Shown: one piece after another, positions 27,220 to 36,525 of the stretch | Position numbering within the stretch: position 1 is the stretch's first letter | Layout: every line of letters starts with the position of its first letter | DNA from: a virus | Reading direction: 5' to 3' (one strand) | Virus record (IMG/VR): IMGVR_UViG_3300028394_000001 | Location: 106,521 to 170,520 of that record | Length of the DNA stretch: 64,000 nt | The notes under the pieces: generated by a model | The model's input: the letters and a program-made list of their open reading frames with translations, nothing else | Told to the model about the DNA's origin: nothing | The model's database searches: none | Position numbers and translations under genes: made by a program

Positions 27220-28074
27220 ATGACAATACAAAAACCAGAATTTGTTCGACTGTGGAATGAACCTTTTTCTCCCGCTGACCTAGAGAATGGAACTCCACCC
27301 ATTTACCCATTTAACAATGCAACATCAACACCTAGTGGTCATGCATTTGAGTTGGATGACACTCCAACAAGAGAAAGAATCAGATTACAACATCGTACAG
27401 GTACATTTATCGAAATGCATCCTAATGGTGATGAGGTTCATAAGGTATACGGTGATGGTTATGAGATTACAATCAAAGATAAAAACATACTGATTGGCGC
27501 ATCAGGTAAAGGAAATTTAACTGTAGAAATCAAAGGTGATGTATACATGAACGTACATGGTAATTACATTCATAATGTTGGAGGTGACTATGAACTTTCT
27601 GTAAAAGGACATTATACAACAGCAGTCGAAGGCCAAATCAGTACAAATTCAAAAGGTAAACAAGTTATTTCATCAGCTGGTCGTCTTGAATTAAATACAG
27701 GAGAAGGTGTTATTCCTGGCCAAGGAGGTTATATCAATATTAATGGTGATTTGGCGGTACGCGGTGAATTTGTTGCTGATAAAATAACATCGACCGGTAG
27801 AATCGATTCCGCACTTGGAATAACCAGTCAAAAAATTGGTTTTTCAACTCCATTTGGTGGTTTAGCTGTCGGTTTAGCGTACCCAATTCCATTGTCTATC
27901 AATTGTACAGGTCCGATTAATTCACAAACTATGGTCTCTGCGCCATACATAACATCATCTTTATCATCTACGATGTTAGGATTAGATACAATCAATGGTA
28001 ATTTGCGTAATATGCAATTCCATATTGCACCAAACGGCGCAACAAGTCCACCAATACCATCTGAAATAGCTTAA
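27220..28074 (+). CDS. 5: gp5 C-terminal portion (beta-helix spike)
   Basis: YPFNN...T.SGH.FE.DDTP..ERI...HRTGTFIEMHPNG..V.KV.GD.YEI followed by V.G....V.G repeats. Confidence 0.82.
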   Translation: MTIQKPEFVRLWNEPFSPADLENGTPPIYPFNNATSTPSGHAFELDDTPTRERIRLQHRTGTFIEMHPNGDEVHKVYGDGYEITIKDKNILIGASGKGNLTVEIKGDVYMNVHGNYIHNVGGDYELSVKGHYTTAVEGQISTNSKGKQVISSAGRLELNTGEGVIPGQGGYININGDLAVRGEFVADKITSTGRIDSALGITSQKIGFSTPFGGLAVGLAYPIPLSINCTGPINSQTMVSAPYITSSLSSTMLGLDTINGNLRNMQFHIAPNGATSPPIPSEIA

Positions 28075-28084
28075 GGATTATATT

Positions 28085-28906
28085 ATGAGTATTTACGGAA
28101 GACTAGGGTTTAATTCATCAGACCCAACCACAAATGCAACAATTACAAATTACAGTAGTGCTGTTGCCAATAATGTTGCTTTGATGCCACCACTATTAAA
28201 AAAATGGCAAACTCAAGATATTGGAGATTCGAATGTTGGTGGTTATTTTGTTAATCCGGTTGCAGCCGTGACCGCAACAATATCTTCTACTATGAATTCC
28301 ATTAATAGTGCAACTATTGGTGTTAATGTACAATCAACCATTTCAGGTACAGTAACACAAGCTTTGCGAGATTTAGGTAATAGTGCGGCTTCATGTGTAT
28401 CGACTGCTGCAAATTATTTGTATGTGACAAATAGAGAATCTAATGTTGTTGATCCAGGTACTGATACAACAACAGTTCACTATAAAATGGCCATGGGCTA
28501 TGGAAAAATTCTATCTTACTTAACATATCAATCCGATGGGGTGCAAAACAATTCTCCAATTATGGGTAATTTTACCAGTATAACTTTAGGTAATACATTA
28601 AGTACCCTGAGTAGTTCACTGTCCTCACAACAAACTGCACTTTCATCTAGTATAACAATGGGTTCACCCAATACATCCTCTTTCTCTTTAGCACAAACAC
28701 AAGCTCTACAAACTACTGTCAGTTCAATTAATACTTTAATGACCACTTATCCTGCACAAGATAATGCTTTTTTTACAAATTCTAAAGCGGTAATAAGTGA
28801 CTATTCGACCGTTTCTCCTCTAGGTGAATTGGGATCCGCAGAAAAAACACTGGTCAATAACTATATTGGAACCGAGAAGTTAAAAACCAGAATAAACTCC
28901 CAATAA
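28085..28906 (+). CDS. hypothetical virion protein
   Basis: 273-aa Ser/Thr-rich ORF between gp5 and gp25. Confidence 0.7.
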   Translation: MSIYGRLGFNSSDPTTNATITNYSSAVANNVALMPPLLKKWQTQDIGDSNVGGYFVNPVAAVTATISSTMNSINSATIGVNVQSTISGTVTQALRDLGNSAASCVSTAANYLYVTNRESNVVDPGTDTTTVHYKMAMGYGKILSYLTYQSDGVQNNSPIMGNFTSITLGNTLSTLSSSLSSQQTALSSSITMGSPNTSSFSLAQTQALQTTVSSINTLMTTYPAQDNAFFTNSKAVISDYSTVSPLGELGSAEKTLVNNYIGTEKLKTRINSQ

Positions 28907-28922
28907 GAGTAATAAATAGAAG

Positions 28923-29315
28923 ATGGCAACATTAAAGAAATTATATTCAGATTTAGACCTCACATTCAAACGTGTGCCAGGTACGAATGATGTTGCGCTC
29001 CGTTATGATGAAAATGCCGTAATAGCCTCAATTAGAAATCTGTTGTTGACTAATTTTTACGAGAGGCCTTTTCAACCAGATGTTGGTTCCAATTTAACCC
29101 AATTACTGTTTGAACCAGCAACAGCAATTACCGCATCAATTTTAGATATGGAAATAAGAAATACCATTAAAAATTATGAACCAAGGGTTGCGATTAATGA
29201 ATTGACAGTAACACTTAATGAAGATGGAAATGCATTTTCAGTATATTTGAGTTTTTATGTTGGAAACAATTCAGTACCAACGGCAGTTAACCTAATTCTT
29301 CAAAGGTCCAGATAA
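28923..29315 (+). CDS. 25: baseplate wedge subunit gp25
   Basis: YSDLDL.F, AV..SIRNL.LT...ERPFQP..GS....LFE, I.NYEPRV. Confidence 0.93.
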   Translation: MATLKKLYSDLDLTFKRVPGTNDVALRYDENAVIASIRNLLLTNFYERPFQPDVGSNLTQLLFEPATAITASILDMEIRNTIKNYEPRVAINELTVTLNEDGNAFSVYLSFYVGNNSVPTAVNLILQRSR

Positions 29316-31390
29316 TGGCATCAAATACAAACATACAAATAGCTAATCTAGATTTTGCTGATATTAAGCAAAATTTCATTACCTATTTGAAATCACAAGA
29401 TACATTTAAAGACTACAACTTTACAGGTTCAGCTCTTTCCACACTAATGGACGTTCTTGCATATAATACACAGTACAACGCTTTCTATTTAAATATGGTT
29501 GCAAATGAAATGTTTTTAGATTCAGCCTTGCAGCGTTCTTCAGTTGTATCTCATGCAAAATTAATGAATTATGTTCCAAGGTCAGCGATTGGACCCATTG
29601 CAGAAATAAATGTTATTTTTAGTGGTGTAACAACTACAAACTTTACAATTCCAAAATATACAAACTTTCTTTCAGAACCAATGGATGGTGTAAATTATAA
29701 TTATGTAACAACCTCAGAAACGACAGTTGGTGTAATTGGTACTGTTGCAAAATTTCCACTTATTGAATTGAAACAAGGAAGTATTTCATCATATAGTTTC
29801 ACTGTAAACTCAACAAACAATCCAAATTATACATACGAAATTCCAGATTCCAACATTGATTTATCCACAATTGAAGTATTAGTCCAACAGTCCAGTACAA
29901 ATACCTATTATGATATTTACAATAGTCAAACCAGTTATTTGGAATTAGGTCCAACAGACAAAGTATATTTTGTTCAAGAAGCTGTAAATGGAAATTATCA
30001 GATTTATTTTGGTGATGGTGTTTTAGGAAATAAACTGTCTGATGGAAATATTATAAGTGTTACTTATCTGACAACATCGGGAACTGCTGGTGGATTAGCT
30101 AATAATTTCGTACTTATGGATAATATTGGTTCTTATTCCGCTTTAACCATAAATCCAATCATGGCGGCAACACAAGGTACAGAAAAAGAATCAATTGCTT
30201 CTATTAAATTTCAAGCACCAAAGGCCTTTGCATCACAAGGTCGTGCAGTAAGTAAAAATGATTATATTACAGCAGTTCAACAAAACTCCTTAGGTATTTC
30301 TTTTGATGCTGTTTCGGTTTGGGGCGGTCAGGAAAATAAACCGCCTGTTTATGGTCAAGTGTTTATTGCATTAAAACCAGCCGGTGCTTATGATTTGACA
30401 ACAACACAAAAAGAATTAATCATGTCTCAGGTTCTCAAACCAATCAGTATGATGACGGTTGAACCTGTGATTGTAAATCCTGATTATACTTACATTCAAG
30501 TATCTGCAAATGTACTCTACAATTCAGCGCAAACCACTTTGTCTTCAGGTACAATGCAAACAGGAATACAAACTGCAATTTACAATTATGCATCTACAAA
30601 ATTAAACACTTTCAATTCAACATTTAGTTCTTATGACGTTTTGAATACAATAAACTCATACAATAAATCTATTCTTTCTTCCGATTTCACTATTAAGGTT
30701 CAAAAGAAGTTTTATCCCACAATAGGTACTGCAACAACTTATAATCTTTATTTTAACAGTTCATTGAAACGAGGAATGTTTGGTAGTTCTTTGACCACTT
30801 ATCCAGGAATAACAATTGTAAATCCTAGTAACATTACAACAAATTTAACAGGTATTTACTTTGAGGAAGTACCAACTCTAACCGTTGGTGTAGATTCCAT
30901 TTCAGTAATTAACACAGGTTATAATTATACCAAAACACCAACCGTTGTAATTAATGGTGACGGAACAGGTGCAACAGCTACTGCCAAAATCGTCAACAAC
31001 AAGTTATATTCTGTCACCGTAACAAATGCAGGCGTTGGTTATACAACTGCATTGGCCACAATTGTTCCCGCTACTGGAGACGCAACAGGAACAGGAGCTG
31101 GTGTGGTTTTAAAACTACAAGGTCAATATGGTACAATTAGAAGTTACTATAATGATACAGTAAAAGGTAAGATTGTGGTTTCTGAAAATGCTGGTACAAT
31201 TGATTATGAGAATGGAGTAATTTCTCTAGTGAATATGAATCCAGTAGCTATTGAAAATGATTTAGGACAATTAACTGTTTCAATTGAACCAACGACAACC
31301 ATCATTTCTTCTTCGTTAAATAGAATAATTACAATTGATCCATACGACCCATCTGCGGTAACTATTTCTATTACAGCTAAGAGAAGTTAA
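29315..31390 (+). CDS. 6: baseplate wedge subunit gp6
   Basis: LDF..IK..F..YL..Q..F.DYNF.GS.LS.L.DVLAYNT, NE.FLDSA..RSSVVS.AK, FGDGV.G, Q.RAV...DY. Confidence 0.93.
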   Translation: MASNTNIQIANLDFADIKQNFITYLKSQDTFKDYNFTGSALSTLMDVLAYNTQYNAFYLNMVANEMFLDSALQRSSVVSHAKLMNYVPRSAIGPIAEINVIFSGVTTTNFTIPKYTNFLSEPMDGVNYNYVTTSETTVGVIGTVAKFPLIELKQGSISSYSFTVNSTNNPNYTYEIPDSNIDLSTIEVLVQQSSTNTYYDIYNSQTSYLELGPTDKVYFVQEAVNGNYQIYFGDGVLGNKLSDGNIISVTYLTTSGTAGGLANNFVLMDNIGSYSALTINPIMAATQGTEKESIASIKFQAPKAFASQGRAVSKNDYITAVQQNSLGISFDAVSVWGGQENKPPVYGQVFIALKPAGAYDLTTTQKELIMSQVLKPISMMTVEPVIVNPDYTYIQVSANVLYNSAQTTLSSGTMQTGIQTAIYNYASTKLNTFNSTFSSYDVLNTINSYNKSILSSDFTIKVQKKFYPTIGTATTYNLYFNSSLKRGMFGSSLTTYPGITIVNPSNITTNLTGIYFEEVPTLTVGVDSISVINTGYNYTKTPTVVINGDGTGATATAKIVNNKLYSVTVTNAGVGYTTALATIVPATGDATGTGAGVVLKLQGQYGTIRSYYNDTVKGKIVVSENAGTIDYENGVISLVNMNPVAIENDLGQLTVSIEPTTTIISSSLNRIITIDPYDPSAVTISITAKRS

Positions 31391-31394
31391 TTAA

Positions 31395-34300
31395 ATGTTA
31401 CAAAGTACCAATAAAACATCGTTACTGGTTCCCTTTCAGCTTCCTAAATTCATTAGTGAGGACCCAAACTACGCCAATTTTGTTCTATTCATACAGGCAT
31501 ACTATGAATGGTTAGAGGAACAAAATAACACATTAGATTTTTCCAAAAATTTACTCAATTACATGGATGTGGACACAACCACAGAACAGTTTTTACAGTA
31601 TTATGTGAATGATTTTATGTCATATTTCCCACAGGAAATATTGGCAGATAAAACAAAAGCAATCAAGATAGCAAAGGAATTGTATCAAAGTAAAGGTACA
31701 CCTGCATCCTATAAGTTTTTATTTAGGACACTTTACAATACTGATGTGGATTTTTTCTACACAAAAGACGCCGTTCTTAAAGCTTCCTCAGGTAAATGGT
31801 ATGTTTCTAAAAGTTTGAAATTGGCGACCAGTGATAAAAACTTTTTATCCATTCAGAATCTTAGATTGTTTGGTCAAACCTCGAAATCTATAGGAACAGT
31901 TGAATCTGCAATATATGATGGTCTTAAAACTGAAGTATTCATTTCAAATATCGAAAGACTTTTCGAATCAGGTGAAAAAGTAATAGTTGTAAATTCTTCA
32001 AATCAGCCTGTATATTTCTTGAACGGTGAAATTGTACCGGCAGGAACAGCAGGATCCGAAACATTAACAGCACAGATTGTTGGCCAAATTAGTCAAGTTA
32101 AGATTGATCCAAAAAATAGGGGCCTTTCATATCAAACAAAAGACCCAGTTGTTGTTTATGGTGGATTAAATTCAAATGTAGCAAATCCTCTTGGAGCTAC
32201 TGTTGAAGTTGGTTCAGTTACTTCAGGTTCCATACAAAGGGTTACTGTTATCACAGAAGGTTATGGTTACACAACCAGTGAAGCTAACACACAAGTGGGT
32301 GGATCAAATACCTATATCAATATAACAAATTTGGTAGGTACAAGTCCGCAAGCACCTATTATTGTTGTTGGTTCTCTAAATCCTGTAGGTATTGCAAATG
32401 TGACATTTATACCTAAAGATAGTATTCAATTAAAACGATACCACTATCTAGGTAACATTGCAGGTAGCTCAGGTGCAAATACTTTTAATTCATCCACAGG
32501 ACTTTGGACACAACAATCTTATCAGTTTGCTAATTTAGCTTTTTCAAATGCAAACACAACTTTAGTTAATGCATTTAGTTTTGGTAGTTTTTCTACATTT
32601 CCACTATCTTCTGTTATTGTTCAAAATCAAGGTGGTGGTATCACAGTTCCACCAGATATTCAAGCAATTTCAGAATATACTACCGATGTATACTCTCAAA
32701 CAACCCTATCAAACTTGGCAATTCTTGCACCAATTCAAATTATTAAACCGGGTTCAGGTTATTCTAATAATGACCAGATTGTATTTATTGGTGGTACCGG
32801 TTATGGTGCGTTTGCGAATGTAACTGTCAATGGTACAGGATCAATTATTTCTGTTGATTATGTAAGCAATTCAACAAACAAAATGACATTAGGTGGAATG
32901 GGTTATTTTAATTTACCTAAAGTTGTAGTTGGCCGAACAGGTGGTGGTAATGTGACCGTTTCGACCACAAGCAATGTAGTTACAGGAAACGGAACAAGCT
33001 TCACCACACAATTTAGTAATGGTGCTTTACTGGTGTCTAATACTAATATTATTATTGGAACAGTTCAATCTATTGTAAATTCTAATTCAATGATATTGAC
33101 TGCTAATTCTAATTATACGTTAAATGCAAATTCATACTATCTGGGAACAGCAATATTATCAGTTGATAGTATTTTAGGAACAGGCGCAACATTTTCCCAA
33201 GTATTGAATCGTGTTGGTTCAATTACATCATTTAATATTATAGAAAACGGTGAAGATTATATTGGTGCACCTAAAGTATCTCTTAAAGTACAAGATTTAA
33301 TTGTATCTAATGTTTCTCCTTCAATAATTCCTTCAATCGGTGACATTATTTACCAAGGTGCAAACACTAATACAGCAACATATACAGCTTTAGTAGACTC
33401 TATTAATGTTTTGGAAAATTCCATTCCTGCAACCAATAGCATCTATCAGCTAAGAGTATATAATTATAATTCAATACCACAAAAATCATTACCTTTGAAA
33501 ATTGATTCAAAAGGCGCGTCAGTTAAATTAGTTGGAGGTTATACAAATAATTTTAATACAACTTTCGATAACTCAGTTGATAACAAAAGATTTGATTCAG
33601 CTAACGGTGTTATTACTTACGGTGACGGTTTTGCAAAAGCGAATGCAACTTTCTTGTCAGGTTTAGTCATAGGAAACGGTCAATACTTAGACAAAACGGG
33701 CCAACCGAGTTCGTTTGATGTATTGCAAAGTGAAGATTATAATAACTATACCTATCAAATTACTTTATCAAAAGAGATAGAAAAATATCGTGATGTACTA
33801 TTAAACCTATTACATCCATCTGGAACAAAAGTTCTTGGTCGAGTTGTTATGACTTCAAATAATAATATGGACTTTGAGACAAAATATGCATTGGATACAG
33901 GATATACACTAGGTTATTATGCAGGAAATACTGCTACCGTAACAATTCCAGCTGGCACTTCAACGAGTACAAGTAACAATATTATCAAATTTAACAATTT
34001 GTATGGTGCAAATGTTTCAGATTTTATTACCGCAAATTCTACAGAATTAGTCTTCACATACGGAACAGAAGTTAATGATGTCTTTCATGGTTTAGTTGTT
34101 AAGGTAGATAATGCATCCAATACTGTAACAATGGAAGATAATGTTTGGACATATTTTGCTAATGTGGCTATCGGTTCATCAGCAAATGGTAATAACCAAG
34201 TCATAAATATACAGTCATTGACATGGAGTTATAACATTATCAACAATGGCCATTACAGCAACACCGCATATCCTGTAAAGGATATTATTCGTGTTGGAGA

Positions 34301-34547
34301 TAAGATTACAGTTAATGGAGTGGCTCAAACAGTAACAGCATTTGGTTCACCTTTTACTTCAGCTACTCTAAGTGGTCCTCTGACAAGTGGTGCAAACGGT
34401 TACATTTCAGTGGGAAGAAGTATAACTTCATTATACAATCAAGTCCAAATTATTGGACCAGTGGGAACACAATATCTCTCGGAACTAGGAACAGAAAACG
34501 GTGATATATTAACTTCAGAAACAGGCGCATGGTTATTAATAGGATAA
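31395..34547 (+). CDS. baseplate wedge initiator gp7-like
   Basis: QLP.FI, F..FIQAYYEWLE, Y.SKGT..SYKFLFR.LY, LQ..DY..YTY, L..LLHPSG.K; lies between gp6 and gp8. Confidence 0.75.
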   Translation: MLQSTNKTSLLVPFQLPKFISEDPNYANFVLFIQAYYEWLEEQNNTLDFSKNLLNYMDVDTTTEQFLQYYVNDFMSYFPQEILADKTKAIKIAKELYQSKGTPASYKFLFRTLYNTDVDFFYTKDAVLKASSGKWYVSKSLKLATSDKNFLSIQNLRLFGQTSKSIGTVESAIYDGLKTEVFISNIERLFESGEKVIVVNSSNQPVYFLNGEIVPAGTAGSETLTAQIVGQISQVKIDPKNRGLSYQTKDPVVVYGGLNSNVANPLGATVEVGSVTSGSIQRVTVITEGYGYTTSEANTQVGGSNTYINITNLVGTSPQAPIIVVGSLNPVGIANVTFIPKDSIQLKRYHYLGNIAGSSGANTFNSSTGLWTQQSYQFANLAFSNANTTLVNAFSFGSFSTFPLSSVIVQNQGGGITVPPDIQAISEYTTDVYSQTTLSNLAILAPIQIIKPGSGYSNNDQIVFIGGTGYGAFANVTVNGTGSIISVDYVSNSTNKMTLGGMGYFNLPKVVVGRTGGGNVTVSTTSNVVTGNGTSFTTQFSNGALLVSNTNIIIGTVQSIVNSNSMILTANSNYTLNANSYYLGTAILSVDSILGTGATFSQVLNRVGSITSFNIIENGEDYIGAPKVSLKVQDLIVSNVSPSIIPSIGDIIYQGANTNTATYTALVDSINVLENSIPATNSIYQLRVYNYNSIPQKSLPLKIDSKGASVKLVGGYTNNFNTTFDNSVDNKRFDSANGVITYGDGFAKANATFLSGLVIGNGQYLDKTGQPSSFDVLQSEDYNNYTYQITLSKEIEKYRDVLLNLLHPSGTKVLGRVVMTSNNNMDFETKYALDTGYTLGYYAGNTATVTIPAGTSTSTSNNIIKFNNLYGANVSDFITANSTELVFTYGTEVNDVFHGLVVKVDNASNTVTMEDNVWTYFANVAIGSSANGNNQVINIQSLTWSYNIINNGHYSNTAYPVKDIIRVGDKITVNGVAQTVTAFGSPFTSATLSGPLTSGANGYISVGRSITSLYNQVQIIGPVGTQYLSELGTENGDILTSETGAWLLIG

Positions 34548-34550
34548 AAA

Positions 34551-35081
34551 ATGTCAACAATTAAAATTTCAGAATTACCTAAATTCAATACAATCAATGC
34601 AAACACAGCAAACACTTTGTTTGTTGGTGTTGATATACCGTCTGCACAAACATTCCATTATACTGCTGGAACATTAGCAGCTGGTCTATTTGCGAATACT
34701 GAATTGGTTGTTGGTAACAGCAAGAACTTAACTATTACAGGCAATACATTTCCACAAAAAGGATTCATTTTTACACCTAGAATTTTACAAGGTGCTCAGA
34801 CAGCTATCACAATCGATTTTGCAACAGATTCTGTGATCCGTGCTACTTTTGCAGCTACAGTAACAAATACATTATCAAATTATGTTGCAGGTAAGGTTGT
34901 TGAAGTGTGGTTAACAAACACAGCAGGCAATACCCAAAGTTTGACACACGGTTGTTTGGCAAATAATTCAACAACAGGAACAACTTCAACAAATGTCTCA
35001 GCTGGACACACTATCTATTTAAAATACTTTAGTATTGCTGGAGACCTTGCAAATACTTTTGTTTCTGTTGTAAAATCATAA
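34551..35081 (+). CDS. hypothetical virion / fibre-associated protein
   Basis: N-terminal KISELP motif; beta-rich; within the baseplate operon. Confidence 0.65.
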   Translation: MSTIKISELPKFNTINANTANTLFVGVDIPSAQTFHYTAGTLAAGLFANTELVVGNSKNLTITGNTFPQKGFIFTPRILQGAQTAITIDFATDSVIRATFAATVTNTLSNYVAGKVVEVWLTNTAGNTQSLTHGCLANNSTTGTTSTNVSAGHTIYLKYFSIAGDLANTFVSVVKS

Positions 35082-35091
35082 TAAATAAATC

Positions 35092-36516
35092 ATGGCTACA
35101 AATAAAAACATTCTTACAAATCAAGCAAAAGTAATCAGAGTCAAGACGGATTATTATAATCCGTCCTTAGAACTTAATGGCGATTCAATTAATTCAACTT
35201 ATATATTTCTTAGCCAAGAAGATACATGGCCAACAATATCTTCCGTAGAAACTCCGACACAACCACAAGAAGACCAATTATCATTAAAGAAAATATTTAA
35301 GAATATGTTTGCGGTTAAATTGATAAATTCCAGCAATATTCATCCAGTAATCCAAAGAATCAATTGGAAAAATAACACGAATTTTTTTGCCTATTCCGAC
35401 ACTGTGAATTTGAATGCAAAAGATGCAAATGGCTTTCCACTGTATAATTTTTATGTAAAAAATAGATATGACCAAGTATTTAAATGCTTAGCAAATAACA
35501 ACGGTGGTTTGTCCACATCTGAACCATATTTTGAACCTGGTTCATATGGAACAAATAATATTTACCAAGGCAATGACTTATACAAGTGGAAATATATTTA
35601 TACCATTGATGCAGGCCTCAAGAAAACCTTCTTGGATACTGTTTGGATGCCTATTCCTGTCGGTGTAAACACACCACAACCATACTTGACTGATGCAGGT
35701 GTTGGAGACATTCAGGTAATTAATGTAACAAATGGTGGTACAGGTTATGATGCAGTAAACACATTCATTGTTGTTTCCGTCACCGGAGATGGTACAGGAT
35801 GTGTTGCTAATATAACCAGTTCTGAAATAACATCTGGTGTAATTAAAGATATTGTGGTAAAACCTGGTTTTTCAGGTAAAAACTACACTAACGCAAATGT
35901 CACAATAACTGCATATACTTCCGCAAATATGGTTGTGGTTTCTTCCTCAGGCACAGGAGCAACAGCAGTTGCACCAATTTCACCAGTAGGGGGACATGCA
36001 TATGATCCAATATCTGAATTGGGATGTAACCATGTTATGTACGCAGCTGAATTTAACGGAACAGAAAATGGAATTTTACCTACAACTGGTGTAAACTATC
36101 ATCAAGTTGGTATACTTGTCAATCCACAAACTTATGGAACATCAGGTCCTGTGTTAGCAAATGGCGCAATTTATAATACAACTACACAATTTTTACTTTC
36201 TTCTGGTCAAGGAAATGTATATACATCCGGTGAGATTGTGCAACAAAAAGATGCAAATGGTAATGTAACTTACTATGGAACAGTTTTAAATTTTAACACA
36301 TCAAGTAATATTTTACAGTTGATAAATACAAGTGGAAATTATACTGTTGGCCAAACAATTCTTGGTGTAACCACAGGCGCTTCTAGGGTTGTTTTCAATG
36401 TAACTGAACCTTCTCTCATTCCATTCTCAGGATATATAACCTATGTTGATAATAGAGTTGGTGTTCAAAGAAGTAATGATGGCATCGAACAATTTAAATT
36501 TGTACTAGGATACTAA
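35092..36516 (+). CDS. 8: baseplate wedge subunit gp8
   Basis: R.NW, FYV.N....VFKCL.NN, D.YKWKYIYTI, GGH..D...ELG, SG.I.YVDNR...RS.D..E..K.VL. Confidence 0.85.
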   Translation: MATNKNILTNQAKVIRVKTDYYNPSLELNGDSINSTYIFLSQEDTWPTISSVETPTQPQEDQLSLKKIFKNMFAVKLINSSNIHPVIQRINWKNNTNFFAYSDTVNLNAKDANGFPLYNFYVKNRYDQVFKCLANNNGGLSTSEPYFEPGSYGTNNIYQGNDLYKWKYIYTIDAGLKKTFLDTVWMPIPVGVNTPQPYLTDAGVGDIQVINVTNGGTGYDAVNTFIVVSVTGDGTGCVANITSSEITSGVIKDIVVKPGFSGKNYTNANVTITAYTSANMVVVSSSGTGATAVAPISPVGGHAYDPISELGCNHVMYAAEFNGTENGILPTTGVNYHQVGILVNPQTYGTSGPVLANGAIYNTTTQFLLSSGQGNVYTSGEIVQQKDANGNVTYYGTVLNFNTSSNILQLINTSGNYTVGQTILGVTTGASRVVFNVTEPSLIPFSGYITYVDNRVGVQRSNDGIEQFKFVLGY

Positions 36517-36525
36517 AGGAAAAAA

